The position numbers and the translations under genes are program-made. A stretch of DNA of 64,000 nt from an uncultured Candidatus Binatia bacterium. Its GTDB lineage: Bacteria > Desulfobacterota > Binatia > UBA9968 > JAJDTQ01. Below the pieces are notes generated by a model, which had not been told where the DNA came from, did not search any database, and was given only the letters and a program-made list of their open reading frames with translations. Within the stretch, counting starts at the first letter, position 1; every line of letters starts with the position of its first letter. This document shows positions 55,326 through 64,000 of the stretch, one piece after another. The stretch lies in NCBI GenBank assembly GCA_965242525.1, contig OZ251459.1, forward strand, positions 2,912,001-2,976,000, given 5' to 3'.

Positions 55326-56335
55326 GGGGACTTCCCGCTGAATATGCCGGTGGGCTTCACCAGCAGCACCACCACCAGGATGAAGAACGACACCGCGAAC
55401 TTGTAGTCGGTGGAAAGGAACTGCACCAGACCGTCCGGCTGCCAGCCCTCCGGGACCAGGTAGGTCAGGAACTTCCGGTAGGGATAGGTGAGGAATACCT
55501 CCGAGAAGGCCACCACGAAGCCCCCGGCGATGGCCCCCGGGGCGCTGCCGAGGCCGCCGACGATGGCCGCGGCGAAGATCGGCAACAGCAGGGACAGGTA
55601 GGTGAAGGGCTTGAAGCTCTTGTCGAGCCCGTACAGGGTCCCCGCCACCGCCGCCAGGGCGCCGACCATCAACCAGGTGACCGCCACCACCCGTTCCGGG
55701 TCGATGCCGGACAGCAGGGCCAGGTCTTCGTTGTCGGAATAGGCGCGCATGGACTTGCCGGTGCGGGTCCGCTCCAGGAACCAGAAGACCGCGGCCACCA
55801 GGACCACCGCCACCGCCACGCTGAGGACCTGGGTGGTCTTGACCGCCAGCCCCTCGGCCAGTCCCGTGTAGGCCTTGAACTGGCGGGCGGTGACCAGGAA
55901 GCGCTCGCCGTCGGTGAAGACCCGGTCCCCGGGGCCGATGACGAAACGGACGAGGCCGTTGAGCAGGAACATGACCCCCACGGAGACCACGAGGAAGATG
56001 ACCGGCGCCGCCTTCCGCCGCCGGTAGAACCGATAGACCCAACGGTCCACCAGCACGCAGAGTCCCGCGGCGGCGAGCATCCCCGCGGGAAGCGCCAGCA
56101 GGGCCGTGGGCAGGGGCCCGATGCCGACGTTCCAGGACTGCAACAGCCAGGTGACGAGTATGGTGACCATGGCGCCCACGGCCATGGTCTCGCCGTGGGC
56201 GAAGTTGGAGAAGCGCAGTATGCCGTAAACCAGGGTGACGCCCAGGGCGCCCAGGGCGAGCTGGCAGCCGTAGGCCAGCGCCGGGACCACCAGGAAGTTG
56301 CTGAGCAGCACGACCGCGTTGGCGACGCTCTCCAA
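55322..56335 (-). CDS. livH: Branched-chain amino acid ABC permease
   Basis: ALG.TL.YGILRFSNFAHG, G..MRA..DN..LA..SGI, FAAAIVGG.G. Confidence 0.88.
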   Translation of the reverse strand: MESVANAVVLLSNFLVVPALAYGCQLALGALGVTLVYGILRFSNFAHGETMAVGAMVTILVTWLLQSWNVGIGPLPTALLALPAGMLAAAGLCVLVDRWVYRFYRRRKAAPVIFLVVSVGVMFLLNGLVRFVIGPGDRVFTDGERFLVTARQFKAYTGLAEGLAVKTTQVLSVAVAVVLVAAVFWFLERTRTGKSMRAYSDNEDLALLSGIDPERVVAVTWLMVGALAAVAGTLYGLDKSFKPFTYLSLLLPIFAAAIVGGLGSAPGAIAGGFVVAFSEVFLTYPYRKFLTYLVPEGWQPDGLVQFLSTDYKFAVSFFILVVVLLVKPTGIFSGKSP

Positions 56336-56338
56336 GGA

Positions 56339-57043
56339 TCACCCCCCGAGGAACGCCAGCCGGACTTCCGGGTTCGCCAGCAGGGCCGGACCCGTGTCCG
56401 TGTGGCGGTTGCGGCCCTGCACCAGCACGAACCCCCTGTCCGCCAGGCCCAGGGCCTGGCGCGCGTTCTGCTCGACGATGAGCACCGCGACGCCGCTCCG
56501 GGCCACGTCGGCGATGCGCTCGAAGAGCTCGTGGGTGACGATGGGCGACACCCCGGCCGTGGGCTCGTCGAGCATGAGCACCCGGGGCCGGCTCATCAAC
56601 GCCCGGCCGATGGCCGCCTGCTGGCGCTGGCCGCCGGACAGCTCGCCCACGGGCTGCCGCCGCTTCTCTCCCAGCACGGGGAACAGGCCGTACACCTCCT
56701 CCAGCGTGCCGGAGATGTCGTCCTCCCGCAGGAAGGCGCCCATCTCCAGGTTCTCCGCCACGCTCATGGAGGTGAACACGTTGTCGGTCTGCGGCACGAA
56801 GCCCATGCCCTTGCGGGCCCGGACCTGCGGCGCCAGGGCGGTGATGTCCTCGCCGTCCAGGCGCACCGTGCCGGCGCGAAGCCGCACCATCCCGAACAGG
56901 GCCTTCATGGCGGTGGATTTGCCGGCGCCGTTGGGTCCCACCACCACCGCGATCTCGCCCCGATCGACGGCGATGCTGCACCCCCGCAGGATGTCCGGGC
57001 CGCCGTAGCCGCCCATCATGTCCTCGCCCACCAGCAGGCTCAT
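56339..57043 (-). CDS. livF: Branched-chain amino acid ABC ATPase
   Basis: GPNGAGKST, VPQ..NVF, LSGGQRQ, DEP.AG.SP, VEQNA. Confidence 0.9.
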   Translation of the reverse strand: MSLLVGEDMMGGYGGPDILRGCSIAVDRGEIAVVVGPNGAGKSTAMKALFGMVRLRAGTVRLDGEDITALAPQVRARKGMGFVPQTDNVFTSMSVAENLEMGAFLREDDISGTLEEVYGLFPVLGEKRRQPVGELSGGQRQQAAIGRALMSRPRVLMLDEPTAGVSPIVTHELFERIADVARSGVAVLIVEQNARQALGLADRGFVLVQGRNRHTDTGPALLANPEVRLAFLGG

Positions 57044-57822
57044 GGGGACCGCCCCTCCCGGGACACGGACTCCCTGCCCAGATACGCCTCGATGACCCGC
57101 TCGTCGGACCGCACCTCCGGGGCCGACCCCTGGGTCAGCACCGCCCCCTCCGCCATGACGATGACCGGGTCGCACAGCAGCGAGATCAACTCCATGTCGT
57201 GCTCGATGACGCAGAAGGTGTAGCCGCGCTCCAGGTTGAGGCGCAGGATGGCGCCGGCGATGTCCTTCAGCAGGGCACGGTTGACGCCGGCGCCCACCTC
57301 GTCGAGCAGCACCACCCGCGGCTCCACCATCATGGTGCGGCCGAGCTCCAGGAGCTTCTTCTGCCCGCCCGACAGGTTGCCGGCCCGCTCCCCGGCCACC
57401 GCTTCGAGCTTCAGGAACTCGATCACATCGTCCGCCCGGGCGCGGATGGCTTCCTCCTCGGCGCGGATCTTCCCGGGCCGGAACCAGACGTCCAGGAGGC
57501 TCTCGCCGGACTGGCCGGCCGGCACCGTCATGAGGTTCTCCCGAACCGTCAGCGTGGAGAACTCCTGCGCGATCTGGAACGTGCGCATCACGCCCTTGGC
57601 GAAGAGCTCGTGGGGCCTGAGCCCGGTGACGTCCTCGCCGTCGAGACGGACGGCGCCGGAGGTGGGCCGGTACATGCCGGCGACCACGTTGAAGAGGGTG
57701 GTCTTGCCCGCGCCGTTGGGGCCGATGAGGCCGGTGATGGAGCCGCGCTCGATGACCAGCGAAGCGCCGTCCACGGCCCGGACGCCGCCGAAGTGCATGT
57801 GCAGGTTCTCAACGGCGATCAT
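57040..57822 (-). CDS. livG: Branched-chain amino acid ABC ATPase
   Basis: FGG..AV, GPNGAGKTT.FN, RTFQ, IEHDM, V.EAYLG. Confidence 0.9.
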   Translation of the reverse strand: MIAVENLHMHFGGVRAVDGASLVIERGSITGLIGPNGAGKTTLFNVVAGMYRPTSGAVRLDGEDVTGLRPHELFAKGVMRTFQIAQEFSTLTVRENLMTVPAGQSGESLLDVWFRPGKIRAEEEAIRARADDVIEFLKLEAVAGERAGNLSGGQKKLLELGRTMMVEPRVVLLDEVGAGVNRALLKDIAGAILRLNLERGYTFCVIEHDMELISLLCDPVIVMAEGAVLTQGSAPEVRSDERVIEAYLGRESVSREGRSP

Positions 57823-57885
57823 CGAAGGAGGGAGGGGCGGTCCGCGGGACGGATTTCGGCGTCCCGCGGACCGCCGGAGGGCAGC

Positions 57886-59070
57886 CTACCGGTAGGCTGC
57901 GGTCGTGATCTTGCCGCCCTCGACGAGGATCTCCCGGTAGTTCCCGGCGCTTTCGCCCGGCCCGATCAACTCCACCGCGCTGGCGCCCACGTAGTCCACG
58001 TCGCCGCCTTCCGCCAGGATTTTCAGGGCCTTGCCGAGCTCCCCGGGATAGATCTTCTCGCCCGGGGCGTTGGCCACCATCGCCACCTTGTCCTTGAGCT
58101 TGGCGCTGTCCGCGGACTTGGCGGCCTGCATGGCCAGCAGGATCAGCGCGGCCGCGTCATACGACTCGCCCGAGAAGGGGCCGGTCTCGAAGCCCGCGGC
58201 CTTGGCCATGTCGGCGTACTTGGCCGCCCCGGGGCTGTCGGTGCCGGGCACGGTGCCGATGGAGCCGTCGAGGCCCGAACCGATGGCCTCCGCCAGCGGT
58301 TCACCCACCATGCCGTCGGGCAGGAAGAACTTGTCGAAGGCGCCCGTGTCCAGGGCCGCCTGGATAATGCCCTTGCCGCCCTGGTCCAGGTAACCGGCCA
58401 CGATCAGGATGTCGCCGCCGGCCGCGGCCAGCGCCGCCACCTCGGCGCTGTAGTCGCCCTTGCCGTCCTCATGGGGCGAGGACACGGTGATGCGGCCGCC
58501 GCGCTTCTCCACGTTGGTCTTGATGCTGTCCGCCAGCCCCTTGCCGTAGTCGTTGTTGGTGTAGGTCAGGGCCGCCTGCGTGATCCCCTTGTCCTTCAGG
58601 ATGTCCGCGACCACCTCGCCTTGGCGCGCGTCCGAAGGCGCGGTGCGGAAGAAGAGGCCGTCGTCCTCGATGGTCGAAAGGGCCGGCGAGGTGGCCGAAG
58701 GGGAGATCATCACGATGCCGTTGGGCCGGGCCACGTTCTTCAGCATGGCGATGGTGACCCCCGAGCAGTCGCCGCCCACGATGGCGTTGACCTTGTCCGA
58801 GGTGACCACCCGCTCGGTGGCCGCGGTCCCCGCGGCCGTGTCCCCGCACGTGGAGTCGCCCCGCACCGACACCACCTTGGCGCCCCCCAGCAGCGCCTTG
58901 CTGTCGGTCACTTCCTTCATGGCCAGCTCCGCGCCCTTGGCCATGGCCGGCGTCAGCGACTCGATGGGTCCCGTGAACCCGATCACCACCCCCAGCTTGA
59001 CGTCGGCCGCAAGGGCCGCGGCCGGCATCAGCGCAAGGGCCATACCTGCTGCAATCAAACCGCGTTTCAT
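57886..59070 (-). CDS. livK: Branched-chain amino acid ABC substrate-binding protein
   Basis: Signal peptide, SPSATSP.L, FFRT.PSD..QG, NDYGKG, YDAA. Confidence 0.85.
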   Translation of the reverse strand: MKRGLIAAGMALALMPAAALAADVKLGVVIGFTGPIESLTPAMAKGAELAMKEVTDSKALLGGAKVVSVRGDSTCGDTAAGTAATERVVTSDKVNAIVGGDCSGVTIAMLKNVARPNGIVMISPSATSPALSTIEDDGLFFRTAPSDARQGEVVADILKDKGITQAALTYTNNDYGKGLADSIKTNVEKRGGRITVSSPHEDGKGDYSAEVAALAAAGGDILIVAGYLDQGGKGIIQAALDTGAFDKFFLPDGMVGEPLAEAIGSGLDGSIGTVPGTDSPGAAKYADMAKAAGFETGPFSGESYDAAALILLAMQAAKSADSAKLKDKVAMVANAPGEKIYPGELGKALKILAEGGDVDYVGASAVELIGPGESAGNYREILVEGGKITTAAYR

Positions 59071-59120
59071 AGCGACTTCCTCCTCCGAGTAATGTTGCGC
59101 ACGCCGCACACTCGCATGTG

Positions 59121-59149
59121 CCTTTACGATACCGCTCACTCCATGTCAA
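59121..59149 (-). promoter_or_regulatory. Sigma70-like promoter of the liv operon
   Basis: TTGACA-N17-TAAAGG. Confidence 0.4.
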
Positions 59150-59366
59150 GGCCGACCGGATAAAGAACGGGGCTATCCGGGATTTCCGGGTTCCGGTCCG
59201 TGCTCGTCCCGTCCATCGTCGTCCGTTGACTCGAATAGTACCGCCAAAACCCCCGAAAGGCAATAACCCGGGGCGAGCGAACCGCGTCCTGCATCTGCAA
59301 GGCGTGCGGGTTCTCCGAACGGTACGACCTCGCAAGGCTCGCCGGACGAGCCGCAGGCTGGAGGCG

Positions 59367-59903
59367 TCAGGGGCGAGCCGCAAAGTCCCGGATCGCATCC
59401 GGGAACCAATCGACGAATGTCGTCGCGGATCTGTACAAGTCATAGATTTCGGATGAAGTCTTTTCCATCGAGAAGTCCGCGAAGTCTTCGTGAACCAGCG
59501 TGTTCCGTTCCTCACCTATCTGCATGAACGCGTGAATCGACTGGCGCAACTCGTCGTTTTCACCAACTGCGCGAGCCGCGTACTTTTCGAAATCAGGGCC
59601 GAACATGCGGAAGAACCTGTTTGCATTCCTTGCATCCCAGTTGAACCATGTGTGGTATTGGCGTGCGATCGCTTTCTGTTGGATCAATGACACGAGCGGA
59701 TGATCATCACTCGTAGCCTCCCTGGCGAAAACCTCCACCGCGTCCCGCAAGCGTTTCTCGAAGTGGCTTGCCACAGCCAGCAACAGCGCCTTCGGGAAAG
59801 TTTCTTCGACAATGAACCGCAGTCGGAATTCTTCGCCATCGGTCAGGAAACGATGAAGTTCAAGATAGTCATCGTGCAGCCGTTCGATTCCGCTAGAGCT
59901 CAT
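59367..59903 (-). CDS. HEPN domain protein (RiboL-PSP-HEPN-like)
   Basis: LL..AS.FE helix and an R-X4-H motif (RNTLVH). Confidence 0.8.
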   Translation of the reverse strand: MSSSGIERLHDDYLELHRFLTDGEEFRLRFIVEETFPKALLLAVASHFEKRLRDAVEVFAREATSDDHPLVSLIQQKAIARQYHTWFNWDARNANRFFRMFGPDFEKYAARAVGENDELRQSIHAFMQIGEERNTLVHEDFADFSMEKTSSEIYDLYRSATTFVDWFPDAIRDFAARP

Positions 59904-59912
59904 TGTCCGCGC

Positions 59913-61082
59913 CTATCCGGTTATCAGTATCTCGGATGCGATCTTCAATCTCTTTTTCACGTTCTCCGTCCGTGTGGTCGATTTTTGTGACGCGGCATTG
60001 AACTGGGGGTCCTTCCTTATGCGATCTACTTTCTCCGCATCCAGACCATTTTCGATGATGCCCTCGTTTGCGTAGGCGTTGGCGCAAGCACCGGTGAAGA
60101 CAGCCTCGAAGAGTGCGAGGTTGAAGCGATTGTTGGCCTTGTTGATGAAGGCGTCGTCCGGCAGCCCGGAAGCGGCCTGAAGGAAAGACAGGAAGAGGGA
60201 CTTCAGTTGACGGTTGTACGCGGCCGTATTCTTTTCACACTTCTTCGAAAATTTGTTCAGGAACCTGACCATGGACGGACTGTACTCCTTGCCGTCGACG
60301 AGCATGGCGAAGCCTCTCAACAGGACCTCGATATCCTTCATGTGCAGGTCAGGTTCGGGAGAGCCAAGCATGGTCCGCCAACCTGCTTCCGCGTTGATTT
60401 CGCTCAGCGTGTTGTAAAACGGAGAATGATACATGCTGGTGCGAATCTCCTGCGGGTGGAGGTTGACGCCGCCGGAATTGAGGCGGTTGAACACTTCGTA
60501 CATTGCCGTGTCGCCGTCGGAGGGACTGTTCTGCTTGATAATGATGCAGCGGATGGGACGTATGTCCAGCCGGGAACGGTGGAGCCCCAAGGCTTCGTAA
60601 GTCAAGCCGCTCAACTCGTTTCTCTGTTCCGGCAAACTCTCCGGCAGCCGCAACTTGAAGTCCTGGAAGTAGGCGTCGTCCTGCAGAACGTCGTCCGGAA
60701 TCTCGCCGTTTTCGTCGAATATGTGTCGAAGATCAGCGCGCCTTTCCTTGCGGGGAAAACGTTGCTGTTTGAAGTAATAAATGGACATCAGGCGTTGTTG
60801 CCCGTCGATGAGCAGGTTCCTGTCCGGACGCTGCTCGTAGAGAAAGAGCTGGGGAACGGGCAGGCCGAGAATGAGCGACTCGATCAGTTTCGATGCCCGG
60901 GGCAGATCCCATACGAAGTGTCTCTGGAAGCCGGGAATACGCACCCAGCCGTTCTTCACCAGTTGGTCCAACGTCATCACGTTGAAATCGCTCGGGACGG
61001 CAGTGATATCGTATTCGCCGACTGCCAAGTCGGCGTCACGGTCGACGTAGTCGTCGTACCTTTCGTCAGACGTACTCGCCAT
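59913..61082 (-). CDS. DUF262 (GmrSD N-terminal, ParB-like) protein
   Basis: P.FQR.FVW....S.LIES...GLP.P, IDGQQRL, F.RLN.GG..L..QEIR. Confidence 0.9.
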   Translation of the reverse strand: MASTSDERYDDYVDRDADLAVGEYDITAVPSDFNVMTLDQLVKNGWVRIPGFQRHFVWDLPRASKLIESLILGLPVPQLFLYEQRPDRNLLIDGQQRLMSIYYFKQQRFPRKERRADLRHIFDENGEIPDDVLQDDAYFQDFKLRLPESLPEQRNELSGLTYEALGLHRSRLDIRPIRCIIIKQNSPSDGDTAMYEVFNRLNSGGVNLHPQEIRTSMYHSPFYNTLSEINAEAGWRTMLGSPEPDLHMKDIEVLLRGFAMLVDGKEYSPSMVRFLNKFSKKCEKNTAAYNRQLKSLFLSFLQAASGLPDDAFINKANNRFNLALFEAVFTGACANAYANEGIIENGLDAEKVDRIRKDPQFNAASQKSTTRTENVKKRLKIASEILITG

Positions 61083-61193
61083 GGAACTCCTCCTTGGCCG
61101 ATGGTTGCCGTCCAATGTACGAAGCGGGAACGGGCGCGTCAAGTACGCGGACCGGGAGCCTCGACCAGACCGGATCCCTCCGGGAACCGGCGC

Positions 61194-62618
61194 TCAGCGC
61201 GAGACCTTCTTCACGCCGTCGAGGGCGGCGATCTTGTAGGCTTCGCCCAGGGTCGGAAAGTTGAACACGTTGTCGATGAAGTAGTCGATGGCGCCGTTGT
61301 GGCTCAGCACCGCCTGTCCCACGTGGATCAGCTCGCACGCCTGGTCCCCGATGATGTGCACCCCCAGGAGGTGCCCGGCGTTGGGCTCGAACAACAGGCG
61401 CAACATGCCGTGTTCGTCCCCGATGATGCCCGCCTTGATCACCTCCTCGTAGGTCGCCTGTCCCACCGCGTAGGGGATGCCCTTGGCCTGCAACTCCTTC
61501 TGGGTATAGCCCACCATGGCGATCTCGGGGATGGTATAGACGCACATGGGGAACAGGCTCATCCGGCCTCCCACCCTGCGCCCCAGGGCGTAGCTCGCGG
61601 CCATGCGGCCCTGCTCGCTGCCGGTGGACGCCAGGGCCGGAAAGCCCACCACGTCGCCGGCCGCATAGATGCTGGGAACCGAGGTCTGGAACAGCTCGTT
61701 GACCTGGATCAACCCGTGCCGGGTCACTTCCACCCCCACGTCCTCCAGACCGAGGACCTTGGAAGCCACTTCGCGCCCCTTGGCCACGATCAGGGCGTCG
61801 GCCTCCAGCACCCGGCCGTCGGTCAGGCAGACCCGCGCCCTGCCTTCCGGGGTCCGCTCGATCTTCTCGTGGACGCCGTCCCACACGAACTCCACGCCGA
61901 AGTCCTCCATGCGCCGGATCAGCATTTCCACCAGCGGACGTTCCGCGAAGGAGAGGAACTCGCGGTCGTGCTGGACCAGCGACACGTTGCAGCCCAGCAC
62001 CGCAAAGGCGGAGCCGTATTCCGCGCCGATGACCCCCGCGCCCACCACGATCAGCGACTCGGGCAGGGTCTCGCGCTGGAGCTCCAGGGTGAACGCGGAA
62101 TCGGAATCGAAGATGACCTCGTTGTCGATGGGGATGTCCGGTACCTGGCGGGGCCTGGAGCCGGTGGCGATGATGATCTTCTCTGCTCCCAGGGTGACGG
62201 ACTCCATGGGGTTCTTCAGGAGCCAGGCATGCACCGAGTTCGGGCTCTCCACGGTGGCGTGGTAGCCTCGAAAGACGTGGATCCGGTCCCGGTAGCCTTT
62301 CAGTTGCTCATCCATGGCCGCTATCTGGCGCTCGACCACCTTGCGGACCCGGACGAACAGGTCCGATACGGTGATGTCCTGCTTCTCGGTGAAGTCCATG
62401 CCGTAGAACGGACGCTGCCGGACCCCGCGCAGGTACAGTATGGCCTCGCGCAGGGTCTTGCTGGGTATGGTGCCCGAAAGCAGGGTCACGCCGCCCAAGG
62501 TCTCCTGCCGCTCCAGGATGGCGACCCTGGCGGCCCCCAGCTTGCACGCCTGGACCGCGGCGCTGTAGCCCGCGGGCCCGCTGCCGATGATGACGACTTC
62601 GTAGCCGGTGTCCTGCAT
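61194..62618 (-). CDS. sthA: Soluble pyridine nucleotide transhydrogenase
   Basis: GSGPAG, GTIPSK.LRE, ATGSRP, G.GVIG.EY, GDV.GFP.LAS, YTIPEI, FN.PTL.EAYK.AA. Confidence 0.88.
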   Translation of the reverse strand: MQDTGYEVVIIGSGPAGYSAAVQACKLGAARVAILERQETLGGVTLLSGTIPSKTLREAILYLRGVRQRPFYGMDFTEKQDITVSDLFVRVRKVVERQIAAMDEQLKGYRDRIHVFRGYHATVESPNSVHAWLLKNPMESVTLGAEKIIIATGSRPRQVPDIPIDNEVIFDSDSAFTLELQRETLPESLIVVGAGVIGAEYGSAFAVLGCNVSLVQHDREFLSFAERPLVEMLIRRMEDFGVEFVWDGVHEKIERTPEGRARVCLTDGRVLEADALIVAKGREVASKVLGLEDVGVEVTRHGLIQVNELFQTSVPSIYAAGDVVGFPALASTGSEQGRMAASYALGRRVGGRMSLFPMCVYTIPEIAMVGYTQKELQAKGIPYAVGQATYEEVIKAGIIGDEHGMLRLLFEPNAGHLLGVHIIGDQACELIHVGQAVLSHNGAIDYFIDNVFNFPTLGEAYKIAALDGVKKVSR

Positions 62619-62750
62619 AAGCCCTCTGGTGTGGCGCCCCGTCCCCCTCCACGGTCCAGGCGGTCCTTCGCCTGACGCGGACCGCTTGCGGAGCCTGCGT
62701 CACTTTAACCCGTTCGCGCGCGAACCGCCATCCGGCCCGGCGGCGGGCGT

Positions 62751-63497
62751 TCACGACCGGAGCGCCCGGTACACCAGCGTCACGCCGGCGAGCATCAGCA
62801 GCGCCAGGATGGCGCGGTTGAAGGTCTGTTGGCGGATGCGGTCCTGGGTCCGCAGGCCCAGGTAGAAGCTCGCCAGGACGAACGCGGTGACGAACAGGGA
62901 GAGTTTCAGGGCTTCGACGCTGAAGAGGTTCCATGTGGAGATGGCGATGACCTGCCAGAACTTCGCCATGACGAAGGTGGTGGCGATGGCCTTGACGAAG
63001 TCGGCCTTCCCGAGCCCGAGGCCCTGGAGGTAGAGGGCCATGACCGGACCGATGGTGTTGGTCAACCCCAACAGGAAGCCGGCGGCGAAACCCGCCACCG
63101 GCGACGCCAGCGGCTCCGCGCGCCGGGGCACGGTGAACTTCCAGGTCAGGAGGCTGGACCCCGCGAACAGGATGACCACCGTCCCCAGGATCAGGTTCAA
63201 CACCCACAGGGAGAGCCGGGCGAGCCCCCAGGTGCCCAGGAACACCCCGGCCAGGGCGGACAGGAACACGGAGGCGAAGCGCCGGAAGAGGGCGGTGGGA
63301 ACGCCCCCGCGGAAGATCTGGCCCAGGTCCATCAACACGCTGGGGAGGACCAGCACGACGATGGCCATGCGGACGTCCAGCAGCAGGGTCAGCATGGGCG
63401 TGGCGATGAGCGGGAAACCCATGCCGGTGGCGCCCTTGACGAACCCCGCGAAGAAGAGGGCCAGGGCCACCGGGACCAGGGTCCAGTCAAGCGTCAT
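62751..63497 (-). CDS. Sulfite exporter TauE/SafE family protein
   Basis: AGFVKG..G.GF, multiple TM segments, G...G...GP. Confidence 0.85.
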   Translation of the reverse strand: MTLDWTLVPVALALFFAGFVKGATGMGFPLIATPMLTLLLDVRMAIVVLVLPSVLMDLGQIFRGGVPTALFRRFASVFLSALAGVFLGTWGLARLSLWVLNLILGTVVILFAGSSLLTWKFTVPRRAEPLASPVAGFAAGFLLGLTNTIGPVMALYLQGLGLGKADFVKAIATTFVMAKFWQVIAISTWNLFSVEALKLSLFVTAFVLASFYLGLRTQDRIRQQTFNRAILALLMLAGVTLVYRALRS

Positions 63498-63509
63498 GGG
63501 CGGGGCCGC

Positions 63510-64000
63510 TCACTCGGGCTTCCATCGTTCCCGGACGTCTTGCAGCCGCTCGCCGCGCTCCACGGGCACCGCGCGCCGGTCCAGCTTGGCGCCGGTGCGC
63601 CGGTGCTCGCCCCTGGCCGCCAGCGCCGCCTCCTCGTCGAGCTCCGCCGGCCACATGCCCAGGGAATAGCCGTGCCACGGGCTGCCGTGCTGCAGCTCCG
63701 GCAGCCCGAGCTCCCGCCACAACTCCTTCGACCGCTCCATGAACTCCCTGGCGGGCAGGGACACCGGCGGGAAGTCCGCCTTCCGGGTGGCGTCGATGAG
63801 CAGGGAGGAGTCCTCGCCGTCGTAGTCTCCCCCCTGGCCGTGCATGCGCACCAGGTTGATGGGCGAGTGGACCGTCTGCCGGCCTTCGATGATGCGCGCG
63901 TCCCGGTGGGGCTGCGAACGGTGGCAGATGGCCCAGTTCACCGCGGCGAAGTTCTCCGGGTCCACGTCCTCGTCCACCGCGACCACCACCTTGCCCAGGT
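63510..64000 (-). CDS. UbiD-family decarboxylase, C-terminal part (runs off the window end)
   Basis: GKVVVAVDEDVDP.N...V.WA...R.QP..D, S.L.IDAT.K. Confidence 0.82.
   Translation of the reverse strand, partial: LGKVVVAVDEDVDPENFAAVNWAICHRSQPHRDARIIEGRQTVHSPINLVRMHGQGGDYDGEDSSLLIDATRKADFPPVSLPAREFMERSKELWRELGLPELQHGSPWHGYSLGMWPAELDEEAALAARGEHRRTGAKLDRRAVPVERGERLQDVRERWKPE

Noticed and set aside
59230-59360. Hairpin-rich stretch as a riboswitch or ncRNA upstream of livK
   Set aside because: Some pairing is possible, but no recognisable family motif; a covariance search would be needed.
1-64000. tRNA, rRNA, integrase, reverse transcriptase or prophage
   Set aside because: No recognisable motifs found on reading.

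Overview
GC-rich bacterial chromosomal window with no rRNA, tRNA or CRISPR array. It holds about 55 CDSs. Core and metabolic genes: amidase, modABC, MFS, Rieske dioxygenase alpha/beta, ispH, dxs, apaG, sodC, aapJQMP, amtB, livKGFHM, sthA, TauE and UbiD. Uncharacterised modules: bicupin + EutA-like ATPase + molybdopterin subunit; an orphan NHLP (proteusin-type) RiPP precursor; circularly permuted ATP-grasp/alpha-E/transglutaminase; and a periplasmic binding protein-histidine kinase-RsbU/STAS/RsbW partner switch. Scattered defence and toxin-antitoxin (TA) islets: an orphan N4mC-type MTase, DUF1828, McrBC, HsdR_N, DUF262+HEPN, and several antitoxins whose toxins are decayed or missing. One intact IS630 splits a TbpB-like surface lipoprotein at a TA site. 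Intergenic DNA is heavily colonised by a nested family of REP-like and MITE-like palindromic repeats. These have entered coding sequence: an in-frame insert in ModA, the stop codon of ispH, and probable start codons of neighbouring genes. The gene content is suggestive of a Binatia/Deltaproteobacteria-like, possibly sponge-associated organism (inference only). All family assignments come from motif recognition by eye, not from database searches.
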